Source: Spirillospora sp. (lineage in GTDB: Bacteria; Actinomycetota; Actinomycetes; Streptosporangiales; Streptosporangiaceae). From it: a DNA stretch of 57,396 nt. Below the pieces are notes generated by a model. It did not search any database, was not told the origin of the DNA, and was given only the letters and a program-made list of their open reading frames with translations. A program made the translations under genes and the position numbers. The DNA lies in contig DATCLF010000105.1 of NCBI GenBank assembly GCA_036564055.1, forward strand, positions 1 through 57,396, written 5' to 3'. Positions 18,747 through 29,318 of this stretch are shown one piece after another; position 1 is the stretch's first letter; the number at the start of each line of letters is the position of its first letter.

Positions 18747-19406
18747 ATGGACATCGTGATCGCGGGAGGACACGGGAAGATCGCGCTGAGGCTGTCGCGG
18801 CTGCTGGCCGCGCGGGGCGACTCCGTGCGAGGCATCATTCGCAACCCCGCCCACGCGGACGACGTGCGCGACACCGGCGCCGAACCGATCGTGTGCGACC
18901 TGGAGGCGGCGGACGCCGCGCAGGTCGCCGGTCACCTGACCGGGGCGGACGCGGTCGTCTTCGCCGCCGGGGCGGGGCCGGGCAGCGGCGCGGCGCGCAA
19001 GGACACCGTCGACCGGGCCGCCTCGGTGCTGATGGCGGACGCGGCCGAGCGCGCGGGCGTGCGCGGCTTCCTGCAGATCTCCGCCATGGGCGCGGGCGAG
19101 CCGCCGGCGCCCGGCCGCGACGAGGTCTGGAAGGCCTACATCAGGGCCAAGGGGGAGGCGGAGGAGGACCTGCGGCGCCGGGACGCCCTCGACTGGCTGA
19201 TCCTGCGGCCCGGACGGCTCACCGACGACCCGGGCACCGGCCGGGTGGCGCTCGCCGACCCGCCCCTCGGGCACGACACGGTGACCCGCGACGACGTGGC
19301 GGCGGTCATCGCGGCGCTGCTCCACGCCGGCGGCGTCCGCCACCGCACGCTCGACCTGCTGAACGGCGACACCCCGATCGACGACGCGGTCGCCGCTCTG
19401 CGCTGA
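18747..19406 (+). CDS. NAD(P)H-binding atypical SDR protein
   Basis: IAGGHGKIA Rossmann motif, YIRAK, LRPGRL, TRDDVA. Confidence 0.9.
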   Translation: MDIVIAGGHGKIALRLSRLLAARGDSVRGIIRNPAHADDVRDTGAEPIVCDLEAADAAQVAGHLTGADAVVFAAGAGPGSGAARKDTVDRAASVLMADAAERAGVRGFLQISAMGAGEPPAPGRDEVWKAYIRAKGEAEEDLRRRDALDWLILRPGRLTDDPGTGRVALADPPLGHDTVTRDDVAAVIAALLHAGGVRHRTLDLLNGDTPIDDAVAALR

Positions 19407-19499
19407 CTCGGCCCCGCGTCACACGGCCCGACGCCCTCTGCCGCGACGCACACCCGCGCGTCGCGACCGGGCATCGGGCCGTTCTCGGCGTCCGTGGCG

Positions 19500-21290
19500 C
19501 TAGCCGTTGTAGAGCGCCTCGATCTCGTCGGCGAAGTCCTTCATCACGACGTTGCGCTTCACCTTCAGGCTCGGGGTGATGTGACCGGCCTCCTCGGTGA
19601 AGTCCACGCCGAGGATCACGTGCTTCTTGATCGCCTCCGCGTGGCTGACCGACTTGTTCGCCTCGGCCACCGCGGCGTCGATCTCGGCGATGACGTCGGG
19701 GTCGCGGCGCAGCTCCTCCACCGTCATCGACGCCGGCTTGCCGTGCTGCTCCTTCCAGGGGACGAGCGCCTCCTCGTCGAGGGTGATCAGGGCGCTGATG
19801 AACTTGCGGCCGTCGCCGACGACGAGGCACTGGCTGACCAGCGGGTGCGCGCGGATCCGGTCCTCCAGCGGCGCGGGCGCGACGTTCTTGCCCGCCGCGG
19901 TGACGAGGATCTCCTTCTTGCGGCCGGTGATCCGCAGGAACCCCTCCTCGTCGAGGGAACCGAGGTCGCCGGTGTGGAACCACCCGTCCTCGATGGCCTC
20001 CTTCGTGGCGGCCTCGTTGTTCCAGTAGCCCTGCATGACGTTGATGCCCCGCACGAGCACCTCGCCGTCGTCGGCGATGCGGACGTCCACGCCCGGGATC
20101 GGCTGACCCACGGTACCGATCTTGAGGGCGGTGGGACGGTTGACGCTCACGGGCGCGGTCGTCTCGGTGAGCCCGTAGCCCTCCAGGATCGTGATGCCGA
20201 CGCCGCGGAAGAAGTGCCCGAGCCGCTCGCCGAGGGCCGCGCCGCCCGAGACCGCGTACGTCACCCTGCCGCCGACCGCGGCGCGCAGCTTGCGGTACAC
20301 CAGCACGTCGAAGACCTTGTGCCGCGCCTTCAGCGCGAGGCCGGGCCCGCCGGTGTCGAGGGCGCGGCTGTAGGCGATCGCCGTGTCGGCCGCCGCCTTG
20401 AAGATCTTGCCCTTGCCCTCGGCCGCCGCCTTCTGCTCGGCGCCGTTGTAGACCTTCTCGAAGACGCGGGGGACGGCCAGCAGGAACGTCGGCCGGAAGG
20501 TGGCGAGATCGGGGAGCAGGTTGGGGACGTCGCTGTGACCGAGGATGATCCCGCCCTCGATCGTGGCGACCTGGATCATCCGGGCGAACACGTGCGCCAG
20601 CGGCAGGAACAGCAGCGTGGAGCTGCCCTCGACGGCGACCTCGGCGATCGCGCCCTGGACGGCGTTGCGGGAGGTCGCCACCAGGTTCCCGTGGGTGATC
20701 TCGCAGCCCTTCGGGCGTCCCGTGGTGCCGGAGGTGTAGACGAGGGTGGCGATGTCCCCGGCCTTGCGGGAGGTGCGGCGCTCCTCGATCACGTCGTCGC
20801 CGACCTCGGCGCCGAGCCGGCCGACCTCGTCGATTCCCCCTGCGTCGATGCCCCACACGTGCCGGAGCTCGGGGAGGCGTTCGCGGACCTCCTCGACCAG
20901 GGCGATGTGGGCGTCGGTCTCGGCGAACAGGGCCTTCGCGCCCGAGTCGCCGACGATCCACTCGATCTGCTCCGCGGACGACGTCTCGTAGATGGGGACG
21001 GAGATCGCGCCGGCCGCCCAGATCGCGTAGTCGAGGATCGTCCACTCGTAGCGGGTCCGCGACAGCAGGCACACCCGGTCGCCGGGTTCGATGCCGGCGG
21101 CCACGAGGCCCTTGGCGGCTGCTTTGATCTCCGCGACGAACTCGGCCGCGGTGACGGCGCTCCAGGCGTCGCCGCTGCGGCGGCGCGCCACGATGGTGCC
21201 CGGATCGCTGGCGGCCCGGGTGAAGGGCGCGTCGGTCAGTGTGGCGGAGTCGGGGACCTCCACCATCGCGGGGACGCTGAACTCGCGCAC
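19500..21290 (-). CDS. long-chain fatty acid--CoA ligase (AMP-dependent synthetase)
   Basis: YTSGTTGRPKG, EGYGLTET, WFHTGDLG, GRKKE motifs. Start GTG 21290 after AGGAG. Confidence 0.92.
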   Translation of the reverse strand: MREFSVPAMVEVPDSATLTDAPFTRAASDPGTIVARRRSGDAWSAVTAAEFVAEIKAAAKGLVAAGIEPGDRVCLLSRTRYEWTILDYAIWAAGAISVPIYETSSAEQIEWIVGDSGAKALFAETDAHIALVEEVRERLPELRHVWGIDAGGIDEVGRLGAEVGDDVIEERRTSRKAGDIATLVYTSGTTGRPKGCEITHGNLVATSRNAVQGAIAEVAVEGSSTLLFLPLAHVFARMIQVATIEGGIILGHSDVPNLLPDLATFRPTFLLAVPRVFEKVYNGAEQKAAAEGKGKIFKAAADTAIAYSRALDTGGPGLALKARHKVFDVLVYRKLRAAVGGRVTYAVSGGAALGERLGHFFRGVGITILEGYGLTETTAPVSVNRPTALKIGTVGQPIPGVDVRIADDGEVLVRGINVMQGYWNNEAATKEAIEDGWFHTGDLGSLDEEGFLRITGRKKEILVTAAGKNVAPAPLEDRIRAHPLVSQCLVVGDGRKFISALITLDEEALVPWKEQHGKPASMTVEELRRDPDVIAEIDAAVAEANKSVSHAEAIKKHVILGVDFTEEAGHITPSLKVKRNVVMKDFADEIEALYNG

Positions 21291-21518
21291 GGCCTGCTCC
21301 TGTGATCGGCTTCGAGGTCGGCGGGGAAGACCGCGAAGGCTTCTCCGTGGACGAATGATACCCACGAGTAGGGGCGATTCCAGGGATACGGGCGACCGAT
21401 GCGGACCGGCCGATGGTGTTAACGGCACGGCAAAGACCGGACGTTGCTCCCGGCGGCCGCCGCGCGGTCCCCTACGCTGGGGCCGTTCGCACACGAACGG
21501 GGTTCCGGGGGAAGGCGG

Positions 21519-22208
21519 ATGGCGCTGCTCGAAGTGATCGCGCTGACGGCCGAGGACGCCCGGGCGGCCCACGAGGGCGGAGCCGACCGGATCGAGGTGG
21601 TCGCGGACATGGCCGCCGACGGGCTGACTCCCGATCCCGACGTCGTCGCGGCCGTCCGGAAGGTCACGCCGCTGCCGCTCCGGGTGATGCTGCGGGGCAA
21701 CGCGGGGTTCCGCACGACGGGGTTCGAGCTCGACCGGCTCCGGCGCGCCGCCGAGGGCCTCGCCGAGGCGGGCGCGGACGGTTTCGTGTTCGGTTTCCTG
21801 GACGCCTCGGGCCACATCGACACGGCCGCGACCGGCAAGCTCGCCGCCGCCATCGCCCCGCTGCCCTGGACGTTCCACCGCGCGATCGACCACGCCGCCG
21901 ACCCCGGCCGGGCGTGGGACGTCGTCCGCGACCTCGGCGGCGGGCTCGACACGGTGCTGACGGCCGGGTCCCCGCGCGGCGTGGCCGCCGGAGTGGAGGT
22001 CCTCGTCCGCCGCGCCGCCGGCCCCGACGCCGGGATGATCATGGCCGGGGGCGGGCTGCGCCGCAGGCACGTCGCGGTCCTCGCCGCCGCGGGCGTCACC
22101 GCGTTCCACGTCGGCACCGCCGTCCGCCGCGACGGCTGCTGGGACGGGCCCGTGGACCCCGCCCTGGTGCGCGAGTGGCGGTCGCTGGTGTCCGCCGCGA
22201 CCGGCTGA
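21519..22208 (+). CDS. cutC: copper homeostasis protein CutC family
   Basis: GGADRIE...GLTP, FVFGFL, TFHRAID, VLTAG motifs. Confidence 0.85.
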   Translation: MALLEVIALTAEDARAAHEGGADRIEVVADMAADGLTPDPDVVAAVRKVTPLPLRVMLRGNAGFRTTGFELDRLRRAAEGLAEAGADGFVFGFLDASGHIDTAATGKLAAAIAPLPWTFHRAIDHAADPGRAWDVVRDLGGGLDTVLTAGSPRGVAAGVEVLVRRAAGPDAGMIMAGGGLRRRHVAVLAAAGVTAFHVGTAVRRDGCWDGPVDPALVREWRSLVSAATG

Positions 22209-22288
22209 CGGGTGCGGGCGGCTCACAGGTGCGGCCGGCGCGCGTTCAGGCCGTTTCCGTGCCCGGGCGGTCGCATTACAGTCATTTC

Positions 22289-23056
22289 ATGCGGATCCAC
22301 GTGGTGAGCGACGTCCACGGCCGCGCGGACGCGCTGACGACCGCGGCGGACGGCGCGGACGCGCTCATCTGCCTGGGCGACCTGATCCTGTTCATCGACT
22401 ACCAGGACCACGCGCAGGGCATCTTCGCCGAGCTGTTCGGCCGCGAGAACGCGGACCGGCTCATCGCGCTGCGGGCCGAGAAGCGCTTCGACGAGGCCCG
22501 CGCCTTCTCCCGGGCCCTGAGGGAGTCGCTCGACGGCGACGCGTGGTCCCACATCGAACGCGCCGTCGACAAGCAGTACGCCGAGCTCTTCTCGGCCATG
22601 CCGACCCCCGCCTACCTGACCTACGGCAACGTGGACGTCCCGCACATGTGGGGCCCCCATCTGAAGGAGGGGCACCATGTCCTTGACGGTGAGACCACCG
22701 AGATCGGCGGGCTGCGGTTCGGGTTCGTCGGCGGCGGCCTGCGCACCGAGTACCGCACCCCCTACGAGCTGGACGACGACGTCTACGCCGCCAAGGTCGA
22801 GGCCGTCGGCGAGGTGGACGTGCTGTGCTGTCACATCCCGCCCGACGTCCCCGAACTGCTGTACGACACGGTGGCGCGGCGCTTCGAGCGGGGGAGCAGG
22901 GCGGTGCTCGACGCGATCCACCGGACGCAGCCGAGGTACGTGCTGTTCGGGCACGTCCACCAGCCGCTCGCGCGCCGGATGCGGATCGGCCGCACCGAAT
23001 GCGTGAACGTGGGCCACTTCCGTGCCCGTGGCGAGCCGTACGTCCTGGCGCTGTGA
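22289..23056 (+). CDS. metallophosphoesterase
   Basis: SDVHG, LGDL, GNVD, FGHVH motifs. Confidence 0.88.
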   Translation: MRIHVVSDVHGRADALTTAADGADALICLGDLILFIDYQDHAQGIFAELFGRENADRLIALRAEKRFDEARAFSRALRESLDGDAWSHIERAVDKQYAELFSAMPTPAYLTYGNVDVPHMWGPHLKEGHHVLDGETTEIGGLRFGFVGGGLRTEYRTPYELDDDVYAAKVEAVGEVDVLCCHIPPDVPELLYDTVARRFERGSRAVLDAIHRTQPRYVLFGHVHQPLARRMRIGRTECVNVGHFRARGEPYVLAL

Positions 23057-23119
23057 GGGATACCTTCTCTACGACAGCGAGCCCGCGCGGGCACAGGACG
23101 AGCCGGAGGGAGACGCACG

Positions 23120-23554
23120 ATGGCGGACCGCACGAGTTCCACCATCACGATCGAGGCGGGCAAGGCCGAGATCATGGCGGTGATCGCCGACCTGGAGGCG
23201 TACCCGGCGTGGGCGAGCGGCATCCGCGACGTCAAGATCGAGGAGACCGGGGAGGACGGCCGGCCGTCGCGGGCCAGGCTCACGTTCGACGGCGGCCCCT
23301 TCAGCGACACCGTCGGGCTCGCCTACAGCTGGGAGGGCGACGACCGGGCGACGTGGGAGCTGGTGGAACCGGGCTCGGTCGTCACCGGCCTGCACGGCTC
23401 CTACGGCCTGGACGAGCGTGACGGGACCACCGAGGTGACCTACGAGCTCGCCGTGGACGTCCGCGTGCCGCTGATCGGCATGGTCAGGCGCAAGGCCGAG
23501 AAGCGGATCATCGACTCCGCCCTCAAGGGTCTCAAGCGCCGCGTGGAGAGCTGA
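23120..23554 (+). CDS. SRPBCC (START/cyclase) family protein
   Basis: IADLEAYPAW...TEVTYELAVD...ALKGLKRRVE. Confidence 0.88.
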   Translation: MADRTSSTITIEAGKAEIMAVIADLEAYPAWASGIRDVKIEETGEDGRPSRARLTFDGGPFSDTVGLAYSWEGDDRATWELVEPGSVVTGLHGSYGLDERDGTTEVTYELAVDVRVPLIGMVRRKAEKRIIDSALKGLKRRVES

Positions 23555-23598
23555 AGTCCCCTGCGGGGCGATACCGCGCCCCCGACGAGCGATGGAAG

Positions 23599-24072
23599 AT
23601 GGACCCCATGAGCGAGCAGCCGGGTGACGTCCTGGACGAGGCGGCCAAACTCATCGACGCGCTGGTCAGACGGCTGAGCGGCGGACACGACCGGGACGCG
23701 GGCGCCCGCGCGGCGCGCGACGCCGGCCGCGACGACAGGGCCGGCACGGACAAGGCCGGTGCCGCCGGTGCCGCCGCCGAGTCCCCGCGCATCGCCACCG
23801 GCGCCCCGGAATGCCGTGACTGCCCGATCTGCCGGGCGATCGCGGTGAAGCGTGAGGCGGGCGCCGACGTGGGCCGTCATCTGCACGCGGCCGGGCAGTC
23901 GCTGCTCGCCGCCGCGCTCGATGTGGTGGCCGCGTTCGACCGGGCGCGCCGGAACCGGCCGCCGGAGGCGTCGAAGAGCCCGCGGGCGGGTACGTCCGAG
24001 CGGTCGGAACGTCCGGAAACGGATGATGTGTGGTCGGCCGCGACGGACGGCGGGCCCACCGACATCGGATAG
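23599..24072 (+). CDS. conserved hypothetical protein upstream of glkA (SCO2127/DUF5304-like)
   Basis: ATGAPECRDCPICRAIA CxxCPxC motif; syntenic position. Confidence 0.65.
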   Translation: MDPMSEQPGDVLDEAAKLIDALVRRLSGGHDRDAGARAARDAGRDDRAGTDKAGAAGAAAESPRIATGAPECRDCPICRAIAVKREAGADVGRHLHAAGQSLLAAALDVVAAFDRARRNRPPEASKSPRAGTSERSERPETDDVWSAATDGGPTDIG

Positions 24073-24135
24073 TGCGGTACAGGCTCCGGCCCGGGGCGCG
24101 GGCCCGCCGGGGCGCTCGAAGAGGAGGAAGGGTAC

Positions 24136-25104
24136 ATGGCCCTGACCATCGGCGTGGACGTTGGCGGTACGAAGGTCGCCGCGGGGGTCGTCGACGACCG
24201 GGGAACGATCCTGGAGAAGGTGCGCAGGCCGACTCCGTCGACCGACCCGAAGGAGACCGCCGACACCATCGCCGAGGTCGTCAACCTGCTGAAGGGCAAG
24301 TACGAGGACGTCATCGCCGTCGGCCTGGGCTCGGCCGGTTTCGTCAACGAGACCCGTTCCACCGTGCTGTTCGCGCCGAACCTCGCCTGGCGTGACGAGC
24401 CCATCAAGCAGAAGGTCGAGGCCAGGGTCGGCCTGCCGGTCGTCGTCGAGAACGACGGCAACGCCACCGCGTGGGGCGAGGCCCGCTTCGGCGCCGGACG
24501 CGGAGAGGACTTCCTCGTCCTCGTGGCGCTCGGCACCGGCATCGGCGGCGGCATCATCATCAACGGCGAGCTGTACCGGGGCCGTTTCGGCATCGGCGCG
24601 GAGATGGGCCACTTCCGGGTCGTGCCGGACGGCCGGCGCTGCGGCTGCGGCAACCGGGGCTGCTGGGAGCAGTACGCCAGCGGCAACGCCCTCGTCCACG
24701 AGGCCCGCGAGCTCGCCCGGGTGGCGCCCGCGATGGCGGGGCGCCTGCTCGAGCTCGGCGGCGGCCGTCCCGAGGGCATCAGCGGCCCGGAGGTGTCGCA
24801 GGCGGCCCGGGAGGGCGACAAGGCCGCCCTGGAGTGCTTCCGGACGGTCGCGCAGTGGGCGGGGCAGGGACTGGCCGACCTCAGCGCGATCCTCGACCCG
24901 GGCGCGTTCATCATCGGCGGCGGCCTGTCGGACGCCGGCGACCTCCTCCTCGACCCGATCCGCGCGGCGTTCGGGGACGCCCTGACCGGCCGCGGCCACC
25001 GGCCCCTGCCCGACATCCGCATCGCCGAGCTGGGCTCGGCGGCGGGCATCGTCGGCGCCGCCGACCTGGCCCGCATCCGCTGCCTCCACGACGTCATCGT
25101 CTAG
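24136..25104 (+). CDS. glkA: ROK family glucokinase
   Basis: GVDVGGTK, ENDGN, GTGIGGG, EMGH...CGCGNRGCWE motifs. Confidence 0.93.
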   Translation: MALTIGVDVGGTKVAAGVVDDRGTILEKVRRPTPSTDPKETADTIAEVVNLLKGKYEDVIAVGLGSAGFVNETRSTVLFAPNLAWRDEPIKQKVEARVGLPVVVENDGNATAWGEARFGAGRGEDFLVLVALGTGIGGGIIINGELYRGRFGIGAEMGHFRVVPDGRRCGCGNRGCWEQYASGNALVHEARELARVAPAMAGRLLELGGGRPEGISGPEVSQAAREGDKAALECFRTVAQWAGQGLADLSAILDPGAFIIGGGLSDAGDLLLDPIRAAFGDALTGRGHRPLPDIRIAELGSAAGIVGAADLARIRCLHDVIV

Positions 25105-25123
25105 GGGCTCTGTCTGTGGGCAC

Positions 25124-25876
25124 ATGGCGTCCGTGCGGCTTCTGAGCTACAACATCCGTTCGCTGCGCGACGACCCGGAGGCCGTGGCCCGGGTCGTGCG
25201 CGCCCTCGCGCCGGACGTCGTGTGCCTGCAGGAGGTTCCGCGTTTCTGGGGCTGGCGGCTGCGTCGCCGCCGCCTGGCGCGGGCGTGCGGCCTGCGGATC
25301 GCGGCGGGACGGCGGGCCTGCGGGCTCGCCGTCCTCACCGCGCCGCACGTCCGCCGGGTGGCCCGCGAGTTCCACCCGCTCACGCCGGATCCGGGCCTGC
25401 ACCGCCGCGCCCTGGCGATCGCCGTCCTGGAGTTCGGGGGAGAGGCCGGGGGAGAGGCCGGGGGAGTACGCCTGATCGCGGCGAGCACGCACCTGGACCT
25501 CGTGGACGAACCGCGCCTGCGCCACGTCCACGAGGTCGTCGGGCATCTCGACCGCGCCGCCGCGCGTTTCCGCGCCCCGGTCGTGCTCGCGGGCGACGTC
25601 AACGAGGAGCCCGGCGGCCCGTCCTGGCGCGTGCTGACCGAGCGCTTCGAGGACGCGTACGCGGCCGCGCCCTCGGGCGGCGAGTTCACCTTCTCCGCCC
25701 GCGACCCGCGCAGGCGCATCGACGCGGTGTTCACCGGCTCGCGGGTCCGGCCGGTCGCCTGCGGGGTGCCGGTGGACGGCGACGCGCCCACCGAGGACTA
25801 CGTGAAGGCGACCGACCATCTTCCGCTCCTGGCGGACCTGGAGATCGACGCCGGTCCCGTGCCGCCGGGGCGCTGA
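25124..25876 (+). CDS. endonuclease/exonuclease/phosphatase family protein
   Basis: SYNI, DVVCLQEV, THL, GDVN, RIDAVF, TDHLP motifs. Confidence 0.9.
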   Translation: MASVRLLSYNIRSLRDDPEAVARVVRALAPDVVCLQEVPRFWGWRLRRRRLARACGLRIAAGRRACGLAVLTAPHVRRVAREFHPLTPDPGLHRRALAIAVLEFGGEAGGEAGGVRLIAASTHLDLVDEPRLRHVHEVVGHLDRAAARFRAPVVLAGDVNEEPGGPSWRVLTERFEDAYAAAPSGGEFTFSARDPRRRIDAVFTGSRVRPVACGVPVDGDAPTEDYVKATDHLPLLADLEIDAGPVPPGR

Positions 25877-25913
25877 CCGGACCGGGGACCGGACGGCCCG
25901 GCGCCGGGCGGTC

Positions 25914-26948
25914 TCAGACCACGGCTCCGTCGTCGGGGTCGCGGGGTTCGTCGCCCATGCGCAGGACGAGGGTGACGAATCCGCCGATGAAGGCGGCGAC
26001 GGCGAGGAAGGCGGCCCAGCCGGGGACCTCCCAGTCGAGGATGACCGTCACCAGCAGGTAGAGCGGCCCGCCGATGAGCGCGATCCAGGCGCCCTTGGTG
26101 AGCGGGTCCGCGCTCGGCAGCGGCGGGGGAGGAGGCGGGATGAAGTGGTCGTCGTCGTCGGCGTCCGGGGTGGCCCCCGGGGGGTGTGCGGGGCGGATGA
26201 CGCGGGCACGGGGGAGGCGCCCGGTGCGGTCGTCGCCCTCGCGCGGGGGGTCGGCGGGCTCCCGGACGTTCTCCTCCTCGGGCCAGGGGACGTCGTCGCC
26301 CTCGGGACCGGAGTCGAACCCGGCGATGATCTCGGCCCAGATGGCGTCCTCGTCGCGTTCGGCGGGAGGCGCGTCGTCCGCGGCGGGACGCCCGGACGCG
26401 GAACGCTCCGGCCCCTCGGAGCGCTCGGAGCCCGTCCGCTCGGCAGCCGGCCGCTCGGCACTCGTCCGTTCGGAACCGGTCCGTTCGGCGGCCGCCTGGT
26501 CGTCCCGTCCGGATTCGGAGCCCGCCGGTTCGGAGGCGGAGCGCTCGGCGGCGTCACGGCCGTCCGCGGCGTCCACGGCCTCGGCGGCGTCCGGCGCCTC
26601 GACGGCGTCGCGTGCGCCCCCGGTCCTGCGGGCGCCGTCGGTGTCGCGCGAGCCGCCCGCGTCGCGGGCGGAGCCGTCGCGCAGCCGGGCCAGGTGGGCG
26701 CGCAGGATGCCCTCGGCGGTGGGCTTCATCGTGACGTCGACGTACAGTCGGTCGAGGACGTCCCCCGCGACCGTCTCGCCGGACGGGCCGTTCGGCTCGG
26801 CCCGGTCGGGAAGGCCGGCCGGCGAGGTCGCGTACGCCGCCACCCCGGCCTCGCCGAGGGCGGCGAGCAGCGCGTCGGCCAGGTGCGGGGCGAGGTCGAC
26901 CAGCGGGGCGTAGGTGTCGGCCGACAGTCCATTGCCACGGCGTTTCAC
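25914..26948 (-). CDS. conserved membrane protein with low-complexity linker
   Basis: DEDAIWAEIIA, HFIPPPPPPLP, two C-terminal TM helices and DDGAVV end; GTG 26948. Confidence 0.75.
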   Translation of the reverse strand: MKRRGNGLSADTYAPLVDLAPHLADALLAALGEAGVAAYATSPAGLPDRAEPNGPSGETVAGDVLDRLYVDVTMKPTAEGILRAHLARLRDGSARDAGGSRDTDGARRTGGARDAVEAPDAAEAVDAADGRDAAERSASEPAGSESGRDDQAAAERTGSERTSAERPAAERTGSERSEGPERSASGRPAADDAPPAERDEDAIWAEIIAGFDSGPEGDDVPWPEEENVREPADPPREGDDRTGRLPRARVIRPAHPPGATPDADDDDHFIPPPPPPLPSADPLTKGAWIALIGGPLYLLVTVILDWEVPGWAAFLAVAAFIGGFVTLVLRMGDEPRDPDDGAVV

Positions 26949-27331
26949 GGGGCCGGCTCCTTCGACTCCGGCATGACCGACAGCACCGGCATGACGGCCT
27001 CCGCTCCCCCATCGTCGTGTGCCCGGTGCGCCCCGTCCCGCGGAGGCGCTCCCGGACACCCTGAAAACGTGTGTCCCACGGTATTCGCTGGGAGGCCCGG
27101 AACAAGCCCCCGGGACTCACCCGTTTGAGATTTCGCCCACGAGCCTACGTTCCTCCGGGCGGTACCGGACGCGTCATCGGCGAACCGGCCCGGGGACGGG
27201 GGGCGGCCGGGCGGCGCGGGGGCCGCCACGTGGAACGTCGGGGCGGGGAAGTGGGAAGATGTCCCATCATTTCCCGCCGGTCAGGGACCGTCGTGTCCAC
27301 TCCAGGGCACGCGGTCCGAGGAAGGTCGCGC

Positions 27332-28066
27332 ATGCTCTGGTTCTGGATCTTGCTCCGGATCACTCTCACGCCGATCCTCTACCTCCTCTGGTGGCCGCGG
27401 AACGAAGGGATGAAGAACGTCCCCAAACGCGGTCCGGCGCTCCTGGCGAGCAACCACCTGTCGTTCGCCGACCACTTCTTCGGGCCGCTGCCGCTGATGC
27501 GGCCGATCTACTTCATGGGCAAGGGCGAGTACTTCACCGGTAAGGGACTCAAGGGACTGATCAGCAAGGCGTTCTTCACCGGTGTCGGCGTGGTCCCGGT
27601 GGACCGCTCCGGCGGCCCGGCGGCCGAGGCGGCGCTGGAGACCGGGCTGCGGATCCTCGCGGAGGGCAAGCTGCTCGGCATCTACCCGGAGGGCACCCGC
27701 GCCCCCGACAACCGGCTGTACCGCGGCAAGACGGGCGTCGCGCGGCTCGCGCTGAAGTCGCGGGTCCCGGTCATCCCGATGGCGATGATCAACACGTTCG
27801 AGCTGATGCCGTCCGGCAAGCTCCTGCCGCGGCTCGGGGTCCGGCCGGGCGTCCGGTTCGGCGAGCCGCTCGACTTCTCCCGCTACTACGGCCGCGAGGA
27901 CGACAAGGAGGTCCTCCGCGAGGTCACCGACGAGATCATGCGGGCGATCCAGAAGCTCTCGGGACAGGAGTACGTCGACCGGTACGCCGCCGATGTGAAG
28001 GCGGAGCTGGCCGGCAGGCGCGTGCGGACGGGGGAGGACGACGAGGGGCTCGGCGGCTCGAAATAG
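27332..28066 (+). CDS. plsC: 1-acyl-sn-glycerol-3-phosphate acyltransferase
   Basis: NHLSFAD (HX4D), YPEGTR, GKTGVAR motifs. Confidence 0.9.
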   Translation: MLWFWILLRITLTPILYLLWWPRNEGMKNVPKRGPALLASNHLSFADHFFGPLPLMRPIYFMGKGEYFTGKGLKGLISKAFFTGVGVVPVDRSGGPAAEAALETGLRILAEGKLLGIYPEGTRAPDNRLYRGKTGVARLALKSRVPVIPMAMINTFELMPSGKLLPRLGVRPGVRFGEPLDFSRYYGREDDKEVLREVTDEIMRAIQKLSGQEYVDRYAADVKAELAGRRVRTGEDDEGLGGSK

Positions 28067-28112
28067 GACCGGACGAGAAAGAGAAACAGGACGGGGCGAG
28101 CCGAGGGCGCGT

Positions 28113-29315
28113 GTGGATCGGGGAGTGGGGCTGGAGGCCGCGCTCTGGCGGGCCGTGGCGGTCTACCGCGTCCTGGCGCTCGGCTACGCCGCGGTCGTGA
28201 TCGCGATGAACTCCAGGGGCTATGCCCGCCCGCTGGGAGGGTGGGCGGTCCTCGGGGTGATGGCCGCCTGGACGGCGGTCGCGGTGCGGTGGCTGCGGCC
28301 CGCCGCGTTCGAGGGGCGGCGCGGACGGGTCCTGCTCGCCGTCGATCTCGCCGTCGCGGCGGGCTGTGTCCTGGCGACGGCGTGGGTGGAGACGTCCGGC
28401 AACATCGCCGCCGGGCGGCCGACGCTTCCGGTGTCGTGGGTGGCGGCGGCCGTGCTGGCGTGGGCGGTGGCGGGCGGGCGCGGGCCCGGCGTCGCGGCGG
28501 CGCTGACGCTGGCGGCGGCGGATCTGCTGATGCACGCGCTGGCGGGGACGTCCGGCGGGCGGGCGACGTTCAACAACATCGTGCTGCTGTTCCTCGCGGG
28601 ACTCGTCGTCGGCCACGTGGTGCGGCTGGCGCGGGAGGCGGAGGCGCGGCTGGCGCGGGCGGTGGAGCTGGAGGCGGCCACCCGGGAGCGCGAGCGGCTG
28701 GCCCGCGGGATCCACGACTCGGTGCTGCAGGTGCTGGCGATGGTGCAGCGCCGCGGCGGCGAGCTGGGCGGCGAGGCGGCGGAGCTGGGCCGGCTGGCGG
28801 GGGAGCAGGAGGCGGCGCTGCGGTCCCTGATCAGCTCCCGCCCGTCCGCGCCGGGGGCCTCGTCCGCCGCCGGGACGGGCGAGGACGCCGAGGCCGATCT
28901 GCGTCCGCTGCTCACCGCTCACGCGTCGCCGTCGGTCACGGTGTCGACGCCCGCGACGAAGGTCCTGCTGCCCGCGCACACCGCCCGGGAGGTCGCGGCG
29001 GCGGCCGCGGCCGCGCTCGACAACGTCCGGCGGCACTGCGGGCCGGGGACGCGCGCCTGGGTGCTGCTGGAGGACGGTCCCGACGAGATCACCGTCAGCG
29101 TCCGCGACGACGGGCCGGGCATCCCCCCGGGACGGCTGGAGGAGGCCGCCGCGGAGGGGCGGCTCGGCGTCGCGCAGTCGATCCGCGGCCGCGTCGCCGA
29201 CCTCGGCGGCGACGTCGCGATCGTCACGGGCGAGGGCGAGGGCACGGAGATCGAGATGACCGTGCCCCGCCGGGGAGCACGGCGGGGGACGCGGCCGGGC
29301 GGGACACCGGCTTAG
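28113..29315 (+). CDS. macS: MacS-type membrane sensor histidine kinase (HisKA_3)
   Basis: About six TM helices, ERERLARGIHDSVLQ, DDGPGI; syntenic after plsC. Confidence 0.8.
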   Translation: MDRGVGLEAALWRAVAVYRVLALGYAAVVIAMNSRGYARPLGGWAVLGVMAAWTAVAVRWLRPAAFEGRRGRVLLAVDLAVAAGCVLATAWVETSGNIAAGRPTLPVSWVAAAVLAWAVAGGRGPGVAAALTLAAADLLMHALAGTSGGRATFNNIVLLFLAGLVVGHVVRLAREAEARLARAVELEAATRERERLARGIHDSVLQVLAMVQRRGGELGGEAAELGRLAGEQEAALRSLISSRPSAPGASSAAGTGEDAEADLRPLLTAHASPSVTVSTPATKVLLPAHTAREVAAAAAAALDNVRRHCGPGTRAWVLLEDGPDEITVSVRDDGPGIPPGRLEEAAAEGRLGVAQSIRGRVADLGGDVAIVTGEGEGTEIEMTVPRRGARRGTRPGGTPA

Positions 29316-29318
29316 GGT

